Shown here piece after piece: positions 13,521 to 25,286 of a DNA stretch of 64,000 bases. Within the stretch, counting starts at the first letter, position 1; each line of letters opens with the position of its first letter. The notes beneath the pieces were generated by a model that saw only the letters and a program-made list of their open reading frames with translations, made no database searches and had not been told where the DNA came from. The translations under genes were made by a program, and so were the position numbers. The stretch is taken from positions 1 through 64,000 of the forward strand of contig QPGO01000092.1 in NCBI GenBank assembly GCA_008632985.1. Reading direction: 5' to 3'. The DNA comes from Psammoneis japonica. Lineage: Eukaryota.

Positions 13521-13724
13521 CTCCCATCAAGACACAATGCCATTGACTGGATCCAGGACAACATCCATTCATGATGCTCAAGACAAGCCATGAAACAACG
13601 GAGCTCTGTGCAGGGTCACACACGGAGATGCACGGCTTGAAAATGTGGTTGGCGTGAGTGGCAAACCCTGCCAATGCTGGGTCAACTTTGCTGACTCGGA
13701 CTTGTTGTTGCACGTGCCTCTTCT

Positions 13725-13728
<4 letters not shown>

Positions 13729-13766
<38 letters not shown>
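13729..13766. repeat. (GA)19 microsatellite
   Basis: Direct read of the sequence. Confidence 0.95.
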
Positions 13767-13769
<3 letters not shown>

Positions 13770-14735
13770 ACGGACTTCGAAGGGTGCAAAGCCGATCGCC
13801 AGCTGGGGTTCATTGCAGTGTCAGTTCAGTTGAATGTGCAAATGACCTTGCAACTCCTTGTCAAACAACAAGAAAAAAAGATAGTGATCTTTGATGGAGA
13901 TTCTCATTTGCATCTGTGGTGATGAACGAAACACACGCACTGCCCGTCACACCAGGAATTGCATTTTGGTCGCGCACACGCAGCACACATTGCAAGCGCT
14001 CCTTTGCGAGAAGAAAGAGGCAGGTGGGGTTGTGGCAGCTTCTCTGTTAAAACCTCTAATGACAACTAGCTGTGGCAGCTGGTTACCTGGAAACTCATTT
14101 CATGCCAACTCGCACTTTGGTTGACTGCACAAGTTCATTCTCTCCCTTCTTCTTGCTCTGGTTCCTGGGCAGACTGCAGACGGGCACATGGTCGACATCA
14201 TTTTATGAAGCCATTGAGTGTCAACCAAGTGACAGTTGGAGCACAGGAACTTATCAGGCCTGGATTTCATCCGACGATATGATTCTCCTTCATCACTGAC
14301 GGCTGGCTTAGTTTCCTTCTTGGTCGGTTCCATGGAGATGGCAGTGGTCATTAGTCAGGTCAAAGGGTTCAAAGAGCACGGGCGCCTCAACACCAATGGA
14401 TGCGCGTGTGAGGTTTTGAACAGCAGAGCACTCTCTGAGAACGACAGTTGGTGTGTGTTTGAACTTGACCCTACCTTTTGTGATTGCGATGATGCTGTGC
14501 CGCCACACGCAGGAGCTTTGTTTCAATGAGAGGGCCGCGGTTGGTCAATAAACGATTTCATCACCTTTTTGGCATGAAGTTCTCATGCTTCTGCTCGGTT
14601 CAGTTCGTGCATTGGGGCGGGTGAATGAAACAAAAAGCTCAAATTGATCCGAGATTGTCATTTGAGTTACCTCGAAACGCGTTTCACTGTGATCCTGAAG
14701 TTCACGGATCTCTAGCTAGAGCTCTAGCTAGTTTG

Positions 14736-14975
14736 CGGGAGCAGAGTACAATCTGAATTTAAAATGGATCAGATTAAGTCGTGGGGGGAGGAATCAAAAC
14801 GGAGTTCGCGGATGTCTTTCCTCACTTGTCAAGTTCGTGAATCTTTAGCTGGCTAATGCACGGGAGCAGAGAGCAGAGTTTAACCTGAATTCAAAGTAGA
14901 TCAGAGATTAAGTCGTGGGGAGTCAAAACGGGTTTCACGGCAACTTGCAAGTTCGCGGATATCTTCTCTCACTAG
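14736..14975. repeat. Imperfect ~120-bp tandem duplication upstream of the membrane-protein gene
   Basis: cgggagcagag...tgaatt...gatcag...attaagtcgtgggg...tcaaaacgg appears twice, starting near 14736 and 14861. Confidence 0.65.
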
Positions 14976-15088
14976 TTTTTGCCTTGGTCACAATTCAAGC
15001 ATTGCTTGAGGCCGAAAGTGATACGCACGGGCAACCCTCAATTCTATACCAGGATTGCTCTCCAGTGTGCAAAATTGTCGACCGCAAC

Positions 15089-16834
15089 ATGAAATTCGAA
15101 GGCGTCGACCCAACGCTTTTCAACTTTGCATCCGACGTTGTTGGTCTCGTGATAGAAGTCGCATTGGTGCAAACCATTTCGCATCTATACACTGTCGTTA
15201 TGAGTTGGCATCTCAAGCGGGGCTTCGAAATTCCCATCAAAGCTCTCGGATGGGTTCCCAACGATGCCTGTAATGCTGTAATGCTGCAATGCTCACGTTT
15301 CAGGGTTATGGCATTTTCAGAATCTCTCTACAGGTGTTTGTTCTTGTGTTGCTTTGCATTGTAGCCACCTTTTCGCACCCATTGGCAGACCTGGGACTTC
15401 ACTTTGTCCCCAGTCAGCAGGAAGGACCTGTTGATACTGGTCTTGAATTTATCCACGGAGAACCGCAACCCCCAGCGCATGCTGCAAACGGGTGGCGATC
15501 CAATCAATAATCGGAATCTAATTGCCCCCGCTGTCATTATGCAGAACCCAGAACTGGAAGGAAGTGGCCTGGATATCGTTCGCCAGCAGGTGAAGCTTTC
15601 CTCCTCCTTTGTATGGGCGTGGGAAACCATTGCTCTGGGTGAGTCACCATTGATCGAATCTTTGAGTGATTCTCAAGTTCGGGTGGATGCCCTATGGGGT
15701 GGTTTGCAATCGGTGTATTATGTCGGCCTCAACGGGAAGCCACTGGCACAGATAGACTTGGAAGTACCTCTAAACTGCTCAAGCACAGAAATGGTGACGA
15801 TTGAACAGCAAGAGGGAATAGATTTCTGGTGGGGGGAATCTGGAGTACGATCAACGGCACTTGTCCCGAACTGCACTTTCTCTGCGAGACGAGAGTCAGG
15901 GATCTTTGGCGACACTGTGGGCAAAGCTTCAATCTTGGAAAAAGCCAATATTTACTCGTTTGAGAACAAAAACGTCTTCGTGAAGGTTGGCGAGACCCTC
16001 CTGAACAAAAAATTCTGGGTTCCGCCTGAAGCAAAACGGCTTTCGCGTGATCGCGAAGACTGGAAGAAAGGCCGCTATATCGACGGAGTAGACGCTTTTC
16101 GTGTCGGCAATCAAGAAATTCCTCTAAATTCCGTTTTGCTTGCTTCAGGAAGAGAAGATATTGCTGAGCCGGGAGAGTCCGATCCTACCACGATCGAGCG
16201 TCGCAATTTTTACACTATGGTTGGAGAGGTTAAACAGGGATGGTGCCCGCCACGTCCCTCGCGTGGATTTGTAAACGATTCCACACAATGTGTGGCATTT
16301 CTTGAGCTCTCCTGTGAGACATTTTCCGAAGACTATCTTTCTCCGTTCCACTTGACACCGGCAAAATCAGTCTGCGAGATTATTAACTTTGACTTTGTGT
16401 GGGGCGTAGGATTTCAAGCTGACAGCGAGCTTGTCGCCGTCATTGCGGGGCTGGCCGCAAGAGTCCAACCCAACAGGTTCAACGGCGGCGAGCATCACAA
16501 TTTTATCGTGCACTCTCTTCTCGGTGCGATGTTTGCGCTTGGTACGCTCGAAGAGCGCTCCAGAGTTGAAGAAACTGTCGTCCCAGAAATCAATGGCGTA
16601 TATATTGTCTTCACAGCGCTTCCTGTCACTCTTGCCTTAGTGGGGCTCTTTCTAGCGTTCTTCGGGAAGAAGAAGACTGTTCCCGTTCCCAAAAGCGGTT
16701 GGGAGCTTCTGGTTGTTGGTCGTGAGGAAACTTGTCTTCCGTCCCGCGCTGACAAGAAAGCTAACTTTCCCGACAAGGACTGCAGCCTGATGTTCAAATT
16801 GGACAACGGGATTGGATCGATAGTTAGGCCGTAG
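15089..16834 (+). CDS. Uncharacterised membrane protein (N-terminal and C-terminal hydrophobic segments, Cys-containing middle); this copy has an 8-bp and a 1-bp insertion relative to its duplicate
   Basis: MKFEGVDPTLFNF... from ATG 15089; 476-aa ORF 15404-16834 with TM segment VYIVFTALPVTLALVGLFLAFF; the duplicate at 17230-18680 reads through the N-terminal part in one frame. Confidence 0.65.
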
Positions 16835-16892
16835 TTGTCTTTCTGTGTAAAAGCCCACCATTCATTTTGAAAGAACTTGCACACCTTACAGT

Positions 16893-17230
16893 ATTTCGCC
16901 TTACGCATAGTCAGATTGCTGCTTGAACTCGCACATTTGGGCTTGAGCTAAATCTCAAATCAAGTCTAAATAAAGAAACGTAGGGAGGCTTGTCCCACGA
17001 TCCGAAAGGTAGAAATGATTCTGAGCTATCATTACAATTCTTACGCTTGTAGATAGACTGATACTAGGGGAGCTGCTTGGTCAAGAAGAAAAGCACCATC
17101 ATCCGCAAATAGATGGCCGCAGTTTGGGATGCTGTGAAATTTAGTTTGCGTGTTGGGTGCAGCCACAGCTTTGCAAAAGAACTCTCGGCCCTTGTCAAAA
17201 GAACAAACGTAGTCACCTTCGGGCCAAATT
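16893..17230. repeat. Duplicated fragment of 31492-31828 (3' ends of the convergent 270-aa ORF and alpha/beta hydrolase)
   Basis: Minus strand encodes IWPEGDYVCSFDKGREFF...IPNCGHLFADDG...VSVYLQ, nearly identical to the hydrolase C-terminus; nucleotide match extends through the intergenic region. Confidence 0.9.
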
Positions 17231-18680
17231 TCTACACCAGGATTGCTCTCCAGTGTGCAAAATTGTCGACCGCAACATAAAACTTGAAGGCGTTGACCCA
17301 ACGCTTTTCAACTTTGCATCCGACTTTGTTGGTCTCATGACAGAAGTCACATTGGTGCAAACCATTTCACATCCACACACTGTCGTCATGAGTTGGCATC
17401 TCAAGCGGGGCTTCAAAATTCCCATCAAAGCTCTCGGATGGGTTCCCAATGATGCCTGCAATGCTGCAATGCTCACGTTTCAGGGTCACGGCATTTTCAG
17501 AATCTCTCTGCAGGTGTTTGTTCTTGTGTTGCTTTGCATTGTAGCCACCTTTTCGCACCCATTGGCAGACCTGGGACTTCACTTTGTCCCCAGTCAGCAG
17601 GAAGGACCTGTTGATGCGGTCTTGAATTTATCCATGGAGAACCACAACCCCCAGTGCATGCTGCAAATGGGTCACAATCCAATCAACAATTGGAGTCTGG
17701 TTGCCCCTGCTGTCTTTTTGCAGAACCCAGAACTGGAAGGAAGTGGCCTGGATATCGTTCACCAGCAGGTGAAGCTTTCCTCCTCCTTTGCATGGGTGTG
17801 GGAAACCATTGCTCTGGGTGAGTCACCATTGATCGAATCACATGGGTGGTTTGCAATTGGTGCATTTTGTCAGCCCCAATGGGAAGCCGCTGGTGCAGAT
17901 GGACTTGGAAGTGCCTCCAAACTGCTCAAGCACAGAAATGGCAACAATTGAACAGCAAGAGGGAGTGGATTTCTGGTGGGGGGAATCTGGAGTGCGATCA
18001 AAGGTGCTTGTCCCAAACTGCACTTTCTCTTTGAGACGAGGAGTCAGGGATCTTTGGTGGCACCATGGGCAAAGCTTCCATCTTGGAAAAAGCCAATGTT
18101 TGCCTGCTTGAAAAGAAAAACGTCTTTGTGAAGGTTGGCCAGACCCTCCTGAACAAATTTTTGGCTCCACCTGAAAACGCCTTTTGCGTGATCACGACGA
18201 CTGGAAGAAAGGCCGCTGTGTTGACAGAGCAGATGCTTTTCATGTCGGCAATCAAGAAATTCCTCTAAGTTCTGTTTTGCTTGCCTCAGGAAGCAAAGAC
18301 AAGATGTTGTTGAGCCGGGAGAGTCCAATCCTGCTGCAATCGAGCATCACAATTTTTGCACAACATGGTTGGAGAGGCCAAACAGGGATGGTGCCCATCG
18401 CGTCCCTCTCGCGGACTCATCAACAACTCCACACAATGTGTGGCATTTCTTGAGTTCTCGTGTTGGACTTTTTCCAAAGACCATCTTTCTCTGTTCCACT
18501 TGACACCAGAAGACTCAGTCTGCAAGATTGTCAACTTTGACTTTGTGTGGGGCATGGGATTTCAAGCTGACAGCAAGCTTGTCGCCGTCATTGCGGGGCT
18601 GGCCAGAAGAGTCCAACCCAACAGGTTTGACATCAACAAGCATCACGATTTTGTCGTGCACTCTCTTCTTGGTGAGATGT
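17230..18680 (+). pseudogene. Hypermutated, 3'-truncated duplicate of 15042-16532
   Basis: Colinear alignment; ATG changed to ATA; ~30-bp deletion near 17840; many TA->CA/TG and CG->TG/CA changes (GRYIDG->GRCVDR, ANIYSF->ANVCLL). Confidence 0.9.
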
Positions 18681-18699
18681 GACAAGAAAGAAGTGAAAT

Positions 18700-19960
18700 T
18701 TGTTGTCAGAAGAGCAGGTTGAAAAACTCAAGAAAATTGGATTCGAGTGGTGACCGTTGGAGAAAGAAAAGATCACAAAAGTCATGACAAAGAAAGGCGC
18801 AAAGCCAAAGAAGCAACAAGACAACAAAGATGAATCCTGGAACAAGATGCACACTGAACTTGTCAAGTTCAAACAGCTTCATGGGCACTGCAACCTGTCA
18901 AGGAAACACATGAATCACAAGCTTTGTCTTTGGGTGTGTGCCCAAAGAAGAAACCAAGAGAAAATGATCGATCAATGAATGGCTCAACAAGCTCAAGTCC
19001 ATTGGATTCAAGTGGTTGGAAAGCAATGTGGAAGATTGGAGCTTGATGTGCAAACAACTCGTCCATTTCAAAGAAGTTCACGGGCACTGCAATGTGTCCC
19101 ACAAAGATGAAAATCAAAAGCTGCATCTGTGGGTGCAACGTCAGAAGGACACAAAGCAAGCAACAACAGAAGAAAGAACCAAAAAACTTGAGTCTGTTGG
19201 ATTTGATCTGCCCAAAGACAAGGAAAGGACCCCAAAGATGGCAAGGACAATGAACCAAGTCAATGTCATTTTTCCTTTTTCATGCTCGCATTGCCAATCG
19301 CTTCTGGCACAATTGTCACTTTCTTGACAGAATGCCAAGCTTGAGAAAGACTGGAATGAAATCCTTGGTCAATGCATTGCATGCAAGAAAGCAAAGGATG
19401 CTGACCCCATGAATGTGAAAATGGAGCCAAAACTCTGTGGTTGGTTGCATGGTCAGTGACAAAAAATTCCAGAGGAAAGAGCTGTCCCCTGTTGGGATTG
19501 CGAAACTCAATTCAGCAGGGTTTGGTTGGTCCAAAGAGCAAAAATGGGACAACATGTTTGATCAACTCAAAACACACAAGGAAGTGCACTGAGATTGCAA
19601 TGTTCCAAGCAGGTCTGGCAAACTTGCAAATTGGGTTTTGACACAATGCATTTGCTTCAAGGACAATTTGTTGGATGATGACAGGGCTGAAAAACTGCAG
19701 TCCATTGGATTTGATTGGGAGAGAAAATCTGACATTTTGAACAATGCAGCGGATTCTCCTGAGGTCAAGAATGACGCAGAAGATTCTCCCAAGGTCAACA
19801 ACAGTGCAGCAGATTCTCCCAAGGTTGAGAACAATGCAGCGGATTCTCCCGAGGTCAAGAACAAAGAACAAAGCAGCAGATTTTGACAAAGACAAAGAGA
19901 ACATGGAGAATTGTTGGCAGCACATTTTGGATTCCATTGACAACATTGAACAGGTCTAAA
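18700..19960 (+). pseudogene. Decayed gene with several helicase-associated (HA) domain repeats
   Basis: WNKMHTELVKFKQLHGHCNL...LCLWVCAQRR, WSLMCKQLVHFKEVHGHCNVS...LHLWVQRQK...KKLESVGF, RAEKLQSIGFDW; stops and frameshifts present. Confidence 0.75.
19740..19859 (+). repeat. 30-bp x4 coding tandem repeat (NNAADSPEVK)
   Basis: Four aacaatgcagcggattctcc-like units. Confidence 0.9.
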
Positions 19961-22900
19961 TTGGTGTGTTGAGCCAAGAAGTGGCAAGATTGCAGTTTGG
20001 GGATTGTTTCATGCATTGTTTGGGGAAGAGATTGTTTTGGGTGACAAGTGCAGTGATTTCATTGTTGTGCAGATGCCCGGGAAGCAATGAACAACCTGGC
20101 ACTCAGACTGCTGTTGTGGTTGTTGAGGCACTGCCACGAAACCACAGCAGCAGCAGCAGCAGCAGTTGCACCAGCAGGAGCAGCAGCGCGCCGTTCACAG
20201 CAACAGCATTGGAGCAGCAGCAGTCGAAAACAGGAGCATCCATGTGCCGATCTCAACAATTGTGTCCACTGTCACCACTGCTGCTCCCACTTCTAATGCC
20301 GCTGCTGCTTCTGCTGCCGCAAATGCTGTTGCGACTTCTGTTCTTGCCGCTGCCATCTGCAGACGTTCAGCCAATTCATGCCACAAGTCATCATCCATGT
20401 CAAGAACCTGGTTCACTTCACAGTCATGAAGATCTTCTGAAAATTGCTCTGTCTCCAATTCTTCATCACAGTCCAAGAGAGCCACCTGGTCATGTGCTTG
20501 ATTGTCTTCTTTGTGCTCTGCAAGGCAGAGAACTGGTCGCAGTGGTTCACCTGGATGGGTGGTGGAGTGGTGCTCCTGCCATGACCCAAGACACTCTTCA
20601 CCTGCATTGGCCCTCATGTGAATTCTCTCTTCAACTGTTTTTCTGCTCCAACGTGCTTCTCTGAAGACAGATTGAACATCAAGGGACAGCCACACTCTTG
20701 AACATTCCAGCATTGCCAGAGAATCTTGGACTTGTCACCATTGCATTTGGAGAGACAAAAGTGTTTTAATTCTGTCACAGGAAGAAACTCATTGTCACTG
20801 CATGAACAGTGCCAACATTTCAAATTTTCCTTGCAGTGACCAAGGCAAATGTCCTCACTTGACTTCCATGCATTGATGAAGCAAGGCATTGCATTGAGGT
20901 TGTTTCCCACAAAAGTTGCATCCATGGCCCGCTCAAGAAGATCCAATCACTCAGTGAAGACATTCATCAACATTGCAACCACGCCCATGTGGCCCCCATC
21001 AACTTCATGTGGTGCACCTGCTTTTTCTTTGCCGAGAGAAACTGTTCTGTCATCAATCGTGTGAGCTCATTGTCTCCCATGCCCAAGCATTCCAGAGAGG
21101 ATTTGTTGATCGTGAAATGATTTTTCTTGCTGCACATCTTCAATCTTGCTTTCTGAGTTGTTCTTGTCCTCAACAGCATTCTGCACATGGGATCGTGTTT
21201 GAGGTGGAACTTCAAAGCAAGGTTCATTGAAAGCCTGGCCAGTGCTCTGGCAAAGTTGCAATGGCCACACACTTTCTTGATGAAGATCATTTTGGCGCAC
21301 TTCATCAAGAGCAAAATCTTGAAAAGTCACCTCGGTGATGCTGCACTTCCTTTTGGTGGCTGCAAAATTTCTGGATTCTTCTTCCATGCAAATGTCAAAC
21401 AACTTTGCACACAACGAAATCATTGGATTGCCTGTCATTGCAAAAGTGCTACAAAGGTCTTTCTTTTGGGTGATGGAGTGTTGCTTTGCATTCTCCTTTT
21501 CTTTTTTCTCCTTTGGACGGGTTCCAGTCCCAGACGGAACTCTGTGTGACATTTTGCCCGCAGAATTCTGCGTGCGAGCTCCACTGTAAATTTGTCAAGC
21601 AATGAAAATGTGAATGATCGCCAACAGAAAAAGAGGCAATTTTACGAAAGCATTGGTGTCTCCTCCTTCACACTTGGAGTTGATCCCAAAATGAGACCAG
21701 GCACAAATTAAGACCCGCGTGGGGCGTGGTGCAAAAATGCACAGAATTTTCTGTTGGTGAAAAAAATCAAGAGGCATCGCGTTCAAAACAGCATGATGAG
21801 AGCGTTCGATTGCCACCCTTTTTGCCCCCCAGAAAAATGCTTGGCCCTTGCGGGGCGCATTTGATCTCCAGCACTGAAATCACACATGTTTCTGTGTGGG
21901 TCTTAAATCACCACACCTGCCCATCCACATTGGCTTGTCAGACATTTTGGTTGTTGTGCTGAAACTCATGAACCAACCAGATTTGAAAAAGAGGGGAGGA
22001 TTTTTTTGTGACAAGTTCAATGAGATCTTTCACATCCATGCATGAAAAGTTGCATTCCATGCATGCAGAGAAATGTCAGTGGCTGTTGATCTCAGGTGGG
22101 TCTTGATGTGGGATTGACTCTGCTGGAGTGTGTCATCAACAGTTTGCCCCCGGGTGCATCCTGCAGCTCATTGAAGAACACACCCAGCGCATTTTCATTC
22201 TCACAAATGTTGAAAATGGAAAGCATTTGGCTTCGCAAAACAGGGAGCATGAAACAATTTTGTAGAATGTCACATGCAGAAATGCATGTGCATGACATGC
22301 GACACGATCCAAAAAACTGTTGATGTCACAGTTCAGCAGCACCCGCACAAGGTCCCACCCAGAGCTGGAGTGCATCTTGGTGATTGTCCCAACCTGTTTC
22401 CACAGGATCACTTGCATCAGGGTGTTTGTCCACCGGCAGTTTTGCAAGAAGAGATTCAAACAATTTTTGCCAATCCCAAGCAACCATCATGTTGCAACCC
22501 ATGTCTTCAATGACCTCACATTGAGCAAGTGTCAAATCTGGATGATGTTGTGGTCTGCGGTTTTCAAGCAACGACCTCTTGCCTTTTTTCGCCACCAGCC
22601 TTTGTGAATTTCACAACACAGCACTCCAACAAATCACTGGGACATTGCACATGAGTTTGTTCCAATTGACACATTCGTGCATTCAACAATTTGAACTTTG
22701 CACTGTCTCAGGCGCTCCATGTTCTTCTTCCACCTTTCTTCCCTTTCCAAATTTTCAAAGTCGTTCCCGTCCCAGAGGAGCCCAATGTTGTTGAGACACT
22801 TGACATGCCATGACAACAACCATCAACTGTTGACAGCCTTGGCCCTTCTAATTTTTTTAATGCTTTTGCACATGAAACAAAACAGGTTGCTCTTTTTGAC

Positions 22901-24986
22901 AGCGGATGAGCCGTTTGTTTCCTTTTTGACCACACACAACAACCACAGCAGTTGGGTTTTGCCCGTTTGGGGATTCCCCAAAATGGCAAGGGCAAGGGGG
23001 GAATTGCCTCACCCTTTTGGGGAATGCCCAGGAAATGAGGGTAATTTGGTGGGAAGGAACAACTGAAAGGGGCCAGGGGAAGGAACAAAAAATGAGTGCA
23101 GTGCGACAATTCCTGTCTCATTTTATGTGGGCGGGTGTGCTTTTGAAACATTCAACCAGAAAGCGAAAGCAAAGCCACGCTCTGCCGCCGCCGACCATGA
23201 TGGATGCATTGACAAATCAGCACAAAGCATCCCCTCATGGCAGAGCAAGGGAAGAATGAACATTGTCATTTTAAATCACACATGTTGATGTTGCTGACAC
23301 GCGGCTCCATTTTTGCCTCAGCCTTTGCTCTAGAGCCATTGTGGTTTGCATTTGTGACCACACAACACAAAAAGGAAAAAATGATGCAATGTGTTCTGTG
23401 CGTGAGACAGGTCAAAGGGAAGAACAAACACCATCAATCAATTTGCCATGCTTTCATTGACCATGTGCAGTTCCCATTTTGCCTCATCCTTCACACTGGA
23501 TGCCTTGTGGCTTGCCTTGCTGAATGCATGACAAAAGAGCGATCTAAATGATCCCCTTCATTCTGCACATGAGATGTGTAAATTGGAAGAATGAGGGTGA
23601 CTGTTCAATCCACCATGTTGTTGTTGTTGGCTGTGTGTGGCTTTGCTTTTGCCTTGCCTTTGCTGCGCACCTTGTGGCTTGCATTTGTGGCTGCATGACA
23701 AAAGAAAAACCAACGACTGACGACTCAATCGCACCAGTGTTCTGCACATGTGCAACCACATTTCATCTTGTGTTTTGTGCTGCAGATCCCGCTCAATCAA
23801 TGTCATCGATCACATTGAACGGTGTGTGGTGATTGACAGACAACAGCCAACATAAATGGGGTGCGAACGTGCCATGGCGTGTTGCCCATTTTTGTTGCGG
23901 TCAGTCGATTGTCTGGCTCCAATGTCCCGGCCCGTAGAAGGCACAGAAATGCACGAGAAGGGAAGCACGGGGAATTGCCAATGCACAATTTTTTGTTCAT
24001 GCATGGAGCATGTGTGTGACGAAGTGCAATTTGCTGCAATTCCCTGGGAAATCATGCTTCCCGTGGAAAATCACGGCAAAAGGTGGCAATCCCGGGGAAT
24101 TTTGGGGAATCCTGCAGCAAACCAAACTGAGGGCAACAACTCGATGCAACAGTTGAAGGAGCCAATCCTGTCCACATCCAGCTCAAAAAATTCATTGTCT
24201 TTCCAGCACTCTTTGGGACTCATGCCACAACAGTTGACTTCTTTGTCCTCTTTTTCTGTTTCGCACTCTGACATGTCTTCCAAAGCTTCTGCCACAAACA
24301 AAGTCCCTTGTTTCTTGAACTTTTCTGGGGTGATCCCACGAATCTTCAAACTGTCACAAACAAGCAGCTCTTCTGCTTCAAGCACAAGAAGAGGCTGGCT
24401 TTTCCACTGGGGTGGTGTCAAAGAAGGAGAACTCATGAGATGACATCATGCGCGGTTGTGCTCACAGAACAACCAACAAGCAACATCAATTGCAGCATGA
24501 CTTTTTCAAAAGACAAAAACGATTGTTGACAATGAATGCACTCAGTGCATCTGCTTTGCCTGCTGCAGCAACAGCAGCTCTCCTCTCCTCTCTGTTCTCT
24601 GGTGGCTGCTCTAGAGAGTGCAGCAGAGTGGAGAGTGCCGCACTGCAGCCACCAGAGCAGAGCAGAGAGTGCCAAGAGAATGAAACAAGACAATGGAGCG
24701 AATTCATTGTGACCCTGGTAGATTCTTAGACTTTTCGCTTTTTGTCTCATCAACAACAATTTCTCGTCCAGTGCAGTGCTGCTGGGAACAATGTAAGACA
24801 TGACATTTGGTGCTTTTAAAATTCACTAAAGTGGACATTGTGCAGTTGATGCAGTCATGATTAGAATGACTTGCTGTGGGGCATTTTTCAATGACTTGTT
24901 TGCAGTCATTGCGAACAAACCGAACAACATTGTGTACATTGATGAGTGACGAAATGCTCAAGAAAAGCAAAGAGCGTGGAGAAACA
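19960..24986. other. Hypermutated domain 3, middle part: unidentified decayed coding remnants, mostly minus strand
   Basis: TA-depleted; protein-like but Tyr-free fragments at 20614-21552, 22092-22595 and 24071-24436; no family recognised. Confidence 0.5.
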
Positions 24987-24991
24987 ACTTG

Positions 24992-25175
24992 TGCAAGATC
25001 CAGCTTGAGATGACTTGACAAAAGTTGTGGGAGAACCAAGAAGAGACCCAATCAGCGCAATTGCTGATCGGAACTGACTTCCAATGGCTTCCTGAATGTC
25101 CAATGTGTCAGTTGACACACGTGTGTCAGAGAGGGCACACTCGGTCATAAAGCGCACATGTGCCTGTCTCATTCA
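24992..25175 (-). repeat. 3' LTR (hypermutated copy)
   Basis: Aligns end to end with 30523-30704; adjacent to the PPT. Confidence 0.92.
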
Positions 25176-25286
25176 CTCTTCCCCTCCATGGTGCAAGGAA
25201 CACGCACACCATTGGAACCACTTGACTAAAATTCAAACCCAATGTGCACGCACGGAGAAGGGAACCCAGATGTTGGGAAGAAACCC

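Larger units (their letters stand above)
7215..13720. other. TpA/CpG-depleted hypermutated domain 2 (mosaic of decayed repeats)
   Basis: Near absence of TA and CG, CA/TG-rich; contains an internal duplication and a retrotransposon remnant. Confidence 0.8.

Noticed and set aside
19740..19859. 30-bp x4 repeat as a possible CRISPR-like array
   Set aside because: No spacers; an in-frame coding repeat in a eukaryotic pseudogene; no cas genes.
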